NCBI RefSeq assembly: GCF_001194135.2
Contig: NC_068983.1
Span: 110,098,079-110,162,078, forward strand
From: Octopus bimaculoides
Lineage: Eukaryota
Direction of reading: 5' to 3'
DNA length: 64,000 nucleotides
The first letter of the stretch is position 1, and each line of letters opens with the position of its first letter. Shown one piece after another: positions 23,040-35,251 of the stretch. Under the pieces are notes generated by a model, which was given only the letters and a program-made list of their open reading frames with translations, ran no database searches and was not told the DNA's origin. Made by a program: the position numbers and the translations under genes.

Positions 23040-23787
23040 GTATTGAATGTCTTATTGAATAAATGAAATATTGAATATTAAGTATTAAAGGACTAGTATA
23101 TTTTCGTGCTTTCTAGCAGTCTTCACGGTCCCAATTGATAGGAATGCTTCAACTGTAGTCTTTTGTCTTTTACATACATTCCAGTGCACAGCAGTAATAG
23201 TTGTTTGGCTATTTTTAGAGATGATGCCAAACCATTTTTCAATGTTTATTTGTAGAAATGATGACAGCAGTACTTTTTAGAGATTTCTTGTGTTTTAGTT
23301 ATAGGGATAAGATTTGTAAACCCCAAATAAGATTAATTTAATCATCGTTTATTAGCTTAGGTTTGAATTTCTTAATAAAGTCATTTTCTCTCAGTTTTCT
23401 CTCAATTTCATTCAGGTTGTAAAGTTTATGAAATGGAAATATCATAAACGTTTTTCGACCACATGCTGCCAGATGGTTACTCAGTGGTATTTGGCGGACT
23501 TCTGGATTTTTAATTTGTTGTCGATGCACACGCGAGCGTTCTGATAGTGCATTACTTGTCAGGACAACGTAACGTTCTTCACAATTTGGGCATTTGATGC
23601 AGTAGATTAAATTTCTGCTTTTGCAGTTCATGCTCGCGTTTGTGAATATTTTCCCTGTTTTTGTGTTCCTATATGGGCCGGTATGAATTAATTGGCATGT
23701 ACCGCATCGGCTATCATTGCATTTAGACACAGTGAATGCTTGATTTTTGTTGCTAAGGTCAAACCTTGCCTTTGTTAATAACTTTGG
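23040..23787 (-). mobile_element. Penelope-like element (Neptune-type) 3' part: linker Zn finger, GIY-YIG endonuclease and downstream pLTR
   Basis: PKLLTKARF..KCNDSRCGTCQLI (linker C-x4-C-x2-C)..NLIYCIKCPNCEERYVVLTSNALSERSRVHRQQI..PLSNHL..RKLRENDFIKKFKPKLIN* (ORF 23338-23730). The YIG motif has decayed to YVV. Confidence 0.88.
23090..23131 (-). ncRNA. Degenerate minimal type I hammerhead ribozyme motif in the PLE pLTR
   Basis: Minus strand ggac-CgUGAAGA-cugc uagaaa gcac-GAAA-auauac-UA-gucc. Stem I ggac/gucc; about three changes from an ideal motif; ~210 nt after the GIY-YIG stop codon. Confidence 0.55.
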
Positions 23788-24057
23788 CGTTGTGAGTGTT
23801 TATTGCGCGAAAACACCTAAAGCTCCACGAAGCTCCGGCAGGGGATGGTGGTGAACCCCGCTGTACTCTTTCACCACAACTTTCTCTCACTCTTCTTTTC
23901 TGTTTTTGTTGTACCTGTATTTCAAAGGGCCAGCCTTGTCACACTGTGTTACGCTGAATCTTTCCGAGACTAACGTTAAGGGTATACGTGTCTATGGAGT
24001 GCTCACGAGCAGGCTGTTCCGTTGATCGGATCAATTGGAACACTCGTCGTCGTAACC
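23786..24057 (+). mobile_element. tRNA-derived SINE lacking its head (same family as 34561-34941)
   Basis: Aligns to the body and 3' end of the 34561-34941 copy; abuts the truncated PLE in opposite orientation. Confidence 0.85.
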
Positions 24058-24239
24058 NNNNNNNNNNTATATATATATATATATATTTATTTATATATAT
24101 ATCAAAGCAAGGAAAAAACCATTATCCTTCAGAAGGATGTAGAACATCCAATTTTCACTGGTTCTTCAGTTGAATGTGACAAATAAAATGGCATAATTAC
24201 AATATACAAATATTAAAGGAAATACAGAAATAGAACAGA

Positions 24240-24520
24240 CATATTAAAAATGTATTTACATTATAATATGATATGATTATGCTGTAAAATATAATAATAT
24301 AATGTAATATAACAAATAGTTAAAAGATATATAAATCCAATAATTTGTTTCGACTAGTGAATTTATAAAATTCACATTTATACATATGTGTCTCCTCAGA
24401 CCAAAAAAAAAAAAAAAAAAAAAAGTTAAAAGATGCAGACAACTTGTCCATGCAAGGATTGCTAAATGATAAAAAGACTGATTAAAAATACACCTATGTT
24501 TACAAGCCTGAGAGAAAATT
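24240..24520 (+). repeat. Diverged direct duplication, copy 1 (copy 2 at 25636-25995)
   Basis: Shared blocks tatttacattataatat, aatttgtttcgact..ctagtgaatttataaaa.tcacatttat.catatg, tccatgcaagga.tgctaaat.ataaaaga and ctatgtttac. Confidence 0.75.
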
Positions 24521-24950
24521 CAGCCAACAGGATTGCACACTATGAATCACTAGCAAAATGTTCATGTGAATACTTCACCTCAAATTATTCTGATGTTTCC
24601 AGACGTATTGTTACAAAGAAATTGTATATATATATATACCCACACATACATACATACACACATAGGCCATACAATTTAAAACATATACATATATAAACAA
24701 ACATATAGACAGATGTATACAATCATATATATATATATATATATATACATACATACACATACACATATAGATATGTATACATACATGCACAAGCATAAAG
24801 ATACATATAAATGCACATAAATACCCATAGATTCACATTGATACACACACACACACACAGACACACATACACCCACATACATATACAAGCAATATAATTA
24901 TCATTAGAAATAATATTATTATCCAGCAAGAATAAAGCACCATAAAAGTA

Positions 24951-25360
24951 CAATCGTTGTTAGAAATAGCAGCCGGTAAGTTTTCGGCGCTATGTAGAGC
25001 TTCACTGAATGTTTACAGGAAGAAATGTTTGCAGACGGTGAATATAGGAAAATTCTGACTTACCTATACGGATACCGTTAGAGGAATGAAGGATAACTCA
25101 ATACTGCAATTTCAAACTTTTCGGATCACGTAAGTGAGCACGAATCCGGTTGGCTATCTTCAGTTGATTCTACCATTGACGACCAAATTTTAAAATATCC
25201 ACTACATCTCTGCCTGTTTACTCGGCCGATAACCCCAATCAAATTCAGAACCAAGATCAGCGAACAGATATACAAGAAATGTAAATAGTATTAAAATTAA
25301 TAGCAGTGAAGCTCTACATAGCACCGATAACTTACCGGCTACTATTTCTAGCAATGATCG
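24951..25360. mobile_element. MITE with ~57-bp TIRs and TA flanks (Tc1/mariner-type non-autonomous element)
   Basis: Left caatcgttgttagaaatagcagccggtaagttttcggcgctatgtagagcttcactg versus reverse complement of right cgatcattgctagaaatagtagccggtaagttatcggtgctatgtagagcttcactg. TA at 24949-24950 and 25361-25362. No ORF. Confidence 0.85.
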
Positions 25361-25635
25361 TACTTCGTGTACATTCGCTTTGTGTCTATGTATATATNNN
25401 NNNNNNNTATATATATACATGTGTTCATACATATAGCAACATACACATACATATACTGTACATGTATGTGTATATTTAATAAAGATATCTAAAATATAAT
25501 CTTTGAAATAATACACTTGACAAAATTTTCTAAGCGCATATTTAGAAGAGTTTTTACAAGATAAAACACGTTCACGTCTGTCATTAAATTTATTTTTTGA
25601 TGTTAAAATTTGAATAGAGATTATACAATTGACAT

Positions 25636-25995
25636 ATCAAAAATTTATTTACATTATAATATAATATAATGATAATATAATATAATTATAGTATAAAAAG
25701 ATATAATATAATAATATAGAATAATATAATATAATATAATATAATATAATATAATATAATATAATATAATATAATATAATATAATATAATATAATATAAC
25801 AAGTAATTAAAACAAATATAACATCAACAATTTGTTTCGACTCATATCCACTAGTGAATTTATAAAAAATCACATTTATGCATATGAGTCCCCTCAGGGT
25901 AATATTTGTTGAAAAATCACAAAAACATCCATGCAAGGAGTGCTAAATCATAAAAGAGGCTGATTTAGAATACATCTATGTTTACGAGCGTGAGC
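25636..25995 (+). repeat. Diverged direct duplication, copy 2, with expanded (TATAA)n
   Basis: See copy 1; pentanucleotide array ~25690-25798. Confidence 0.75.
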
Positions 25996-28900
25996 GTTAC
26001 TAATTCAAAAACATATATATAATGAATACAAAAACAAAATTCAAACAGAAAAGATAATTAAGTGAAGAAAAACTACAACGGTCATAAAATGTTTTGATGC
26101 ATCTCCAATAATATTAATCTAAATATTTATTTCTGTTTTAATTGTTATATTATATTATATCTTTTTATCGTATAATTGTTGTATATTATAATGCAAATAA
26201 TTTTTTAATATGTAAATTGTATTTCTCTATTTCCGGTAATATATATATATATATATATCATTTAATAAACAGAATATATGCTTGTGTGCCTGAAGATTGT
26301 ACTAGAACACCAGACGTGTAAAAAATACTGTCTGGCATGCTCTCGGCACGTGAGCCTAACAGTAGCACATAAAAACACATATTGTGTTTATTACATAATA
26401 CTTATCTCTCACCAGATGGAGTACTTTTTATTTGTGGATCTTACTATCACGGAACAGTACACTATATATACACATACATACATACATACATACATACATA
26501 CATGCATACATACATACACCTATATATGTATATATGTATGTATAAGCATCTCTATGCTTACGTATATTTTCGTTAGTGTGTACCTTACTGGTATGTTTGT
26601 TAATGTTCGCTCGTTTGCATATTAATATGCACACATAGTCTCGGTGTGTGTGTATATGTATAATTTGACCTTGAAGGAACGTAAGTATATATTAAGCCTG
26701 TGTGTAACCTCGTCTCGATGTGCATGTGGGTGCACTTGTGTCTGGGAGCATGCAAGCGCGCGTACATGTGTGTGTGTTCAATATTATATGTGTGTTGACA
26801 TGTTGTTTATAAGTGCGTCTATTTATGTTTGCATAGCTGTTTGCTTTTTATGCTGCATGTCCTGATATATGCTTATGTACGAATGTGTTCGTGAGTATCC
26901 ATGCCTGTATATGAATAACTGAATGTGAAATAAGGTTTTCTACACACAAGCTATTACTTGTAATCTATAATCAGAACCAGGGTTTGGATCCAATGACAAC
27001 TGGCAGAAATTCTTTTTGAACCATCGCGATCAATCAGCTAGGTGAATTAAGATGAAGTATAATAGTGTTCTGTCTCGAAACACAACACAATGCCTACTAC
27101 AGTAAGGTTTTAACCCTTTTGTTACTGTATTTATTTCGAGATGCTCTGTGTGTGCTTGCATTGCTATGTGTATGCACTGTGAATGTGATGATGTGCGCAC
27201 ATGTATGATCCTTATATGTGTGTATATAACGAAATATGCATGAAGGTATGCATCTGTTATCAGTAGCAACCCTGTGATAACCTGGTTCTCCATCACCCAC
27301 TATAAACCTGGGGCCATAATGACGTTAAGAGAATATTTACTACCCTATCGTTCATTTACACTACTTTCATTAACACCACATCGTCATTACCACTTTTTCG
27401 ATCACTTCTTCTCCATTGACGTCATCAACTCCACCCCCAAATCCACCCCTTTATTTTATTATTAATTTAGTTCCTAACATTTCTTTGCTCGAAACAGAAC
27501 GTACTTTTTCGGACTCCTCGATTTCTGTAAAATCTTGAAGTAGAAGCCCTGGTGCTAAACACACACACATACATACATACATACATACATAAACACACAA
27601 ACATGCACACATGCATACTTGTGGTTTTTAATAGAATAGTCTTAAAAGAATATTATATTCAGCGAGTAATACACAAATGAAGGTAAGCTAGGCCTTAGTT
27701 GGTGTACAACTGAAAGAATATATAATAGTGAATTGATTTAATCTTATTCACCCTGCAATACGGTAATATAACTGATATTTTTGCAGGTGTACATGTACTG
27801 TTAAATAGAACATTTGGAAGTTGTAGAGTTATGTAAGTTGAATTTCATGACTTAAATCTTGATTGCCGATATTTTAATTTAATAAATTTATTCATATCCT
27901 ACAAATGTTGCCTGCTTGAAGCTCATTGACGCACTTAAAGTAAACTACTCCGAGCAACATACATAGGGATAATATAATTGTAATTCTTCAATCCAAATAT
28001 TGTTTTCAGGGTGTTTTAATAGAACGTATGATTTCATTGAATGCATTACATATATTAAAAAGAAAATAACAATGTCCTCCTAAGCTTGGTGATGAAAAAT
28101 GTTTCCTTCGGGTAAAGTGATATTTACTTTATTGTGCATTCATGGAGATATAAAAATATAGCATATTTGTATTACATGTATTCAAGAAGGTTGTAAATAT
28201 TAATATAAGTCTGGTTATGAAGCATTTATGGAAGATCTATTTTTACCAGGAATCATGAAAACCGATCGAGAGTTCTTACATTACTATTGTATCTGTGTTG
28301 TATGTGTTTTTAGTACAATTGCTCACTAAATATGCAATGTATTCATTCGAAACTTGACTAATAATATTTTTGTATATTGAGATCTATCACTCATTCCTTA
28401 ATACTATGAAAACCATGATAATTATCACTGCAGTTTCTCGGGAGCTCATAAAGAAACATTCTGTATAAAGACATTTAGCATTTGTAGAATAATATTACGT
28501 TCATATTCTCTCACTAGATGTCTATAGCCAAAATAAGAATTTCCGCCGAAAGAAATCTATTTTTCAAACTTATTAATTTAAAGATTATGTAATCGTTTGT
28601 GTCTGCCAACAAAAACTATTTTATCTTACTATTAAAACATAATTATTACTGATATAATTCGAACTTTTGATGTGAAATTATATATTTCACAAAATATTAA
28701 ACCATAATCTAGAGCATATATTTAAATATTGTTTTGTTTAATATGGAACAAGTTATTAAAAAAAAAGCGAATATTTATTTAAAAAAGAAAACAGACACTT
28801 ATTAAAATAAATGCCAATGTCTATAAACTAGGTGAGATTTTTCTATAATTAATTTGATTCCTTTTCTTCAAAACCAAAATCACTAACATTACTTATAGGG

Positions 28901-29402
28901 AGTATACTGAAATCGAGGAGAGAATGTAACACATCTGTACTGTAATTAATGGTGGTGCGAAATATTCGTTCAGAGCATAATTAAATATCTTTAACTGCGC
29001 AGTATTCATTGACATTATAGTGTTACAATTTATTTACAAATATTTGAAGCAATTGGAAATGATTATCAAATCAAATCGAAATAAAATTAAAACTAATCAG
29101 CTCCATAGCTTCAATGTGAAAATTACAAGGTGAAAAATATGTACTGTGTATGGTCTACTACATGATAAATCTAAGTGAAGAAAATAAATTACCTGACAAG
29201 TTTCTGCTTTAAACTTACTGAGGCTAAGAAATCTTGATACAACTTGCAAGACTTGATAAAAATATGAATATTATTTAGACAGTACGAAGTGAATCAATGA
29301 TTGTCCTCCACAAAAAAGGGTCTTTACCGCTGAGGAAATGTATTACAATCTTACTATTATCATCTAGTATTCTAATTTCGTTCATAATTATTTCCACACA
29401 CA

Positions 29403-29403
29403 A

Positions 29404-29444
<41 letters not shown>

Positions 29445-29680
29445 TACATACATACATACACATACATGCATGCATGCCTGCCCACCTACCTACCTACCTA
29501 CCTACCTACCTACCTACCTACCTACCTATCTACGTACCTACCTACCTACCTACTACCTACCTACCTAGGGTGCATGCATGCATACATACATACATGCATA
29601 CATACATACATACATACATACATACATACACACATACTTATGTATATATACACACACACACATATGCGTATGTGTGTGTG
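29403..29680. repeat. Compound microsatellite (CA)n-(TACA)n-(TACC)n-(TACA)n
   Basis: Direct reading. Confidence 0.95.
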
Positions 29681-29749
29681 TTTCATTAAATACACGACTG
29701 CGTATATGTTTTATCTTTTCTATTTTAGCTATTTCCTCATTTTATAGTC

Positions 29750-31300
29750 ATTTATAGTTAGTCTGGAACGATGAATTTCCTAAATTCAAATTCAACGTTT
29801 CCACACCTTCATCGAATAACTTGCAAGAATCGTTTCTAGCGTACTAAATAAATTCGCGTAAACTTTCGCGCCAAAGTACTTTTTCGACAGTTATGTTCAA
29901 ACACGTCAACAGTGACGTGTCAATTTATATGTAGCGGTAAAACAGTTGACCATCAGGAGGTTTTCCTGCCAGTAACCACGTGTTAATTTGTTTGTGTGCT
30001 GCCTGCATGGCATGTGTATTTTAACATTGTATTGGGATATGAGTATGGTTTCTATTATTAATCTTGTATTTTGTGAAGAATTTTATAGGGTATGTAAGTA
30101 TTACCTTCAAGTATTTGTCGATCTAATTTTGCTTTATGAAGCACTGTATAATGATTTGCGATAGCGTCTTGTTTTAAATACATGGTGAACCTACGAGAAA
30201 GTGTTCTACTGGTCTGTCCAAAATAGCTAGTCCTAAAGTGTTTCATTTTCTGTTTTACTGTCAAATTATGAATTACATTGGTTATTCGTAGCTTGTTCTC
30301 GGATTTACACCCTTGGGGCATGCTATTCTTAAAAGGTTTTGATTTTGGTGCTTTTGTATGATGCAATTTGTGTTCCATGTTACGCGGTTTGATTATATAA
30401 CCGTATGTTGGATAATTTTAATGCATTTCACACATATATTTCATGTGTAGCTTGTGTATTTTTATTGGGTGTATCCTTTGATATATTTGTATTATATTTC
30501 GTCAGTATTCTCTGTAGCTCGCTCAGCTAGTTTGTTGGTATATCTGTTAATTAAATTTTGCTTTATTCTATGGATTTCATGCTATCTTGCCTTGTATGTG
30601 AACGAGAATATAAATGCTTTCGTAAAGTGTGATTTTTACTGCTGACTTATTGTTGTGTGGACATTCATAGTCTCCAAGTAGGTATATGCATTGTTGTGAT
30701 TCTTTGATATATACCAAAGTAATGCATCTTAATCTTTCGATCTGTAAGATTATGATTCAAAACGGGTCTCATTCGTTTTATTCTTGATGCTAAATTTTAG
30801 TATTGTTTAGTTTCTCAACTTTCTTTAATTTATCTATTACAAATTGTATATCATCAATTTATCTGCTGTATATAATGTCTTTATGTTTTGTCATTATTCT
30901 GTCCTCTGCTGTGGATAAAAAGAATGCCACATATCTGTTGTGGATAAAAAGAATGCCACATATCTGTTGTGGATAAAAAAATACCACATAAGTCTTAAAA
31001 GGAAATAGCTGGCCTTCTCATTCATTTGTTTGTATAAATTACCGTGTAGTCAATGCAATGGCATTACACTTGTGCACACCGTAAATAAGCTTTTTAAAAA
31101 TAAGTTTGCTCTTATCGCCAGTGGCCTTTTTTTTTAGGTGTTTCTATAGGTGCTCTGTCATGATTTCTGTCACTTGGTGTTTGGTGAGCAAATATTCTAC
31201 ATTTGATCTGGAAATGTATCTATTGTATTAGTTTCTTCTAAAATCTGTTAAAATCTTCAGAAGACTATACATTTTGTTTCTTTAATATAATTTCTTTGAT
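29750..31300 (-). mobile_element. Old Penelope-like element (Penelope/Poseidon-type): decayed RT, GIY-YIG and 3' region
   Basis: IYSR*IDDT (decayed YxDD, ~30835-30860), GDYECPHNNKS, HEIHRIKQNLIN, then TNVIHNLT..SYFGQTSRTLSRRFTMYL..AIANHY (ORF 30058-30378). The 5' limit is uncertain. Confidence 0.72.
30905..30990. repeat. 29-bp tandem repeat x3 (tctgttgtggataaaaagaatgccacata)
   Basis: Direct reading; lies inside the decayed PLE RT. Confidence 0.93.
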
Positions 31301-34300
31301 AATACTGTCTATTGGTTCGGCGTTTAAAATGTATAGATTTGCAAACTATGTACATGTACACGATTTATATGTTCATAATATTTAATACTCTTAGTGGTAA
31401 TGTTATGTGTTTAAAACAGCAATATCATAATTCCATATACGATTCTTTATATCATAAATTATTTTGTATTTTTCATTCAAACAAAAAACTATATTTTAGA
31501 ATTTATTACTGTGCGTTGAACAATGATGTATAACTGATGGTAAATATATTACAGAAATATGGATATATTGACTCTTATCGTTTCAAAATCAAAATGATTC
31601 GTCAAAAGGACAAGAATAGAATTTCATAAATTAAGATAAAATTTATTTTGAGATGAAAATTTGAGTGAACACTGAATACCAGTGAAATTGCCCTTTCGCG
31701 TGTTTTGCGTAGAAGTTCGCTTGCTATTAGAATAATCAAACTGTCCTTTTCGCAAAGTCAGTTCAAAGAGAAAGAGGAATGAGAAATACTTGAGTGTGAG
31801 GTACAACATTTTAGTGAATCATTGACAATTACATCATAGAAATGAGTATAAATTAAGAATAGCAAGGTTACAAAACTCAGAATAATAAATAAACAAGAGA
31901 TTGAATTCAGACCATCATTTACAAACTTTAATTTCGTTTTTAATGAATAATATTGCATTCTAATTTTTTTTTTTTGTTTCCCAATTCTGAAACATTTTCC
32001 CATATTATGACTATACGGTAGAAGGTATGCCCTTAGTTCAGAAGATAATAGAGTTAGTTTGAAATAAATTTTAATGCACTAGATATTCGGGTAGTGACTC
32101 ATACTCTCTGTAATTGAATAATTATTAGCATTAAATGAAATTAATTAATCAATTCCTGAAGCCAAAATGCGTCTAATTCCAAGTATTCTATAGCAATTTC
32201 TTCTTAACATTAAAAAAGTACAATTATTCTTTGTAATATTTTTCTTTGAATTGACATGATCTTTGCGTAAACACGTGATACAATGTAAACATTTCAATTC
32301 ATTAAGCACACAGCAACATCTTTCTAGCGATTCATTCCACTTTTTACATTTCTTCTTATTGGAAGTTATAAAATTTAAAAATAGCTTTTTATTTTAATAT
32401 TTATTATTGATGTATGACGTTTTGCTATTTATCATATGGTTTAAAAACTGAAATTAAAACAATTATTTTGTCAGAATTTTAATGAGTTCCTAGCTAATAA
32501 TAGAGAAATATCAGTTATTCTATTACTGAAATTATATACAGGAAATTGGTTTTATTCGAAACAAAAAAGGAAAAAAGTAACATAATAGTTAATAAATAAA
32601 GCAATATTTTCTGATATTCTATGTTTAAAGTGGGATGTAACTGTAATGTATTGACAGCGTAATAAACCAAGGAGAAATATTTTATAAACAGTAATTTCCA
32701 GACCCACCAAATTCGTAAATCTAAAGTTTTCTGAATATTAAAAAAATAAAATGTCGATGGAGAATAGTCCAATAGCAGTAATCCAATCCGAGAATTTGGA
32801 GATATCAGCATTCTGATATCAGATCTCCTCATGTCTTGCAAGATTTTCAAACAATAGTAAAGCTGTACGAAAGGAAACCTCCATTTGAAGACGTGAGTGT
32901 GTGTGTGTGTGTGTGTAAAGCTGCCGCTGCCAGACAAGGACATGTTGGTCGGTCTGCACTTTCAACTCAGCAGCATACAGTTTTCCCTGTACCGAAATTC
33001 GTAGTATCCTTAGAAAAATGTGATAGTTTCGATAAAAATTTCACATTTCTAAATAATCTTGCAGCATAATAACCCTTTCTTCCCAAACATTTTGTCACTT
33101 AAATACACTTAACATCATATGAATTACTCTTCGTTACCAAGTGAACCGGGAATTTCACCATAATCGAACTACATAGAAGCTGAGTATTATTTCATTTTAG
33201 CTATTAGTCAAATCGGATATACTAATGTATGGTGTGCAGTCATAAAAATATATTTCATATTAATCTGAAAACTGAAATCAATTGAGTTTTACTAGTCAGT
33301 TCTATTTTCTATCAATTGCGTTCTATTGTAATTTTCTTCGAGTTTCTTTTGTCAAGAAAAATACCTATTACCACTGAAATATAAAGAACCCGTAATATTC
33401 AACTAGATCAAAATTAAGAATTCAACAAAAAGAGAATAATTGTTAATGCTACGCACGCCTAAATATTTATACTTTATGCAGAAGCAACTCTCTACTAACA
33501 GATATATTTAGATTATTCGTTTCATATGATAGACGGTTGTTCTTCCATTGCTAATAAAAGGACTTTTCAGAGTATTTTTCTTTGTACAGAACTGATAATT
33601 TCTTTCAAATATATTATTACTTTCAAAAGCTTCTATTAATGATATTTAACAGAATACTTAAAAAATAATTACTATATATTTTATTGCTAATCAGCTTTAA
33701 AAAAAACTTGGTAAATAATATTCGAGTCGTGAATTATATAAGTATAACTCATAAGTCTAGAAGTTATGGTGGCGCTTTTTGAAAGTAACTCATTTTATAT
33801 TCAGTATGACAATTCACACAATATATACAGACAACTCAAATACCTGTAGCCAAATTTCTGTCAGGACCGATCGACAACAATTAACTGAGGATTTGCATGG
33901 TTTCCAGCTGGAAAACAACACAAACACACATGAAAATTCACGCTTACACCCCACCCACCCCGCCACACACACGCACACGTGTGTGTTTATCCAAAATCAA
34001 GACAAACACCATTCCTCCATGTGATCGGCTTGAAAGATTAAGATATTAAGATATTTTCCTATTTTTCTTAACATGAATCCAATGGTAGCCTTAACTCACA
34101 AATCAAGAAATTCTATCCACCAATGCTGTTTTGAGCACTCATTCTCATCGTTCGACATTTACGCACGTATGTCTGTGTGTATGTGCGTGCGTGCACGTAT
34201 GTCTGTCTGTACGTATGCATGTATGTATCAATCTATAATGTTTGTACACGATTAAGTGAACAGACGAAAGAAAGTGGCACTTAGTATATTTAGTTGGAGG

Positions 34301-34560
34301 TACTAGTATTTGATATCAGTTTGATGCAGCTCCACATAACTTAAAGTTTCGGGGGAATATGGAACACCTCTAGCTCATAAGATGTTCGGATGGATGCAGA
34401 GTGGCGTGTTTGAAAGGAAGTCAAGACCGTTTAGCAGAATATATGTATGTAAACATGCATTTGCACATACATGTATACATATATAAATATACTTGTAATT
34501 ATATTCCTGCATTCAAACACATAGATATACATACATGCATACATACATACATACATACAT

Positions 34561-34941
34561 TGTTGGCACTCCGTCGCTTACGACGACAAGAGTTCCACTT
34601 GATCCGATCAACGGAACGGCCTGCTCGTGAAATTAACGTGCAAGTGGCTGAGCACTCCACAGATACATGTACCCTTAACGTAGTTCTCGGGGATATTCAG
34701 CATGATGCAGTGTGACAAGGATGGCCCTTTGAATTACAGGCACAACAGAAACAGGAAGTAAGAGTGAGAGAAAGTTGTGGTGAAAGAGTACAGCAGGGTT
34801 CGCCACCATCTCTGCCGGAGCCGCGTGGAGCTTTTTAGGTGTTTTCGGTCAATAAACACTCACAACGCCCGGTCTGGGAATCGAAACCGCGATCTTATGA
34901 CCGCGAGTCCACTGCCCTAACCACTGGGCCATTGCGCCTCC
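34561..34941 (-). mobile_element. Full-length tRNA-derived SINE (head loosely tRNA-Arg-like) within an (ACAT)n array
   Basis: Head GGAGGCGCAATGGCCCAGTGGTTAGGGCAGTGGACTCGCGGTCATAAGATCGCGGTTTCGATTCCCAGACCGGGCG with A box (TGGCCCAGTGG) and B box (GTTTCGATTCC). About 300-bp unrelated body; ACAT repeats on both flanks. Confidence 0.9.
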
Positions 34942-35172
34942 ACATACATACATACATACATACATACATACATACATACATACATACAGGCATGCATGCG
35001 TACGTACGTATAGAAAAATAGATAGATAAACCATTTCGTTCGTTATTTGTGCCTACTTGATGCAAAATTATATTGGAATGCATATTAAATTTCATATAGT
35101 TTCTGCAAGTAAATCACTGTAATAGAATGTAGTAGTCTGGTTTTTCCAGAGTTTTTCACCTTTTAAGTTTAT

Positions 35173-35251
35173 CTACAATCTACATTTGCCTACAATCTAC
35201 ATTTGCCTACAATCTACATTTGCCTACAATCTACAATTGCCTACAATCTAC
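35173..35251. repeat. 17-bp minisatellite (ctacaatctacatttgc) x~4.6
   Basis: Direct reading. Confidence 0.93.

Noticed and set aside
30905-30990. CRISPR-like 29-bp palindromic direct repeats
   Set aside because: Units are contiguous with no spacers, there are no cas genes, the context is eukaryotic, and they lie inside a PLE RT.
32515-32943. 142-aa hydrophobic minus-strand ORF, plus a + strand GAC|GTGAGT donor at ~32892
   Set aside because: The F/L/I/Y-rich composition is typical of AT-rich non-coding DNA, it starts in a CA repeat, no motif was recognised, and the + strand candidate lacks a good acceptor.
34866-34941. Possible tRNA gene
   Set aside because: Acceptor and anticodon stems do not form a proper cloverleaf, and it continues into a SINE body that has a second copy in the window.
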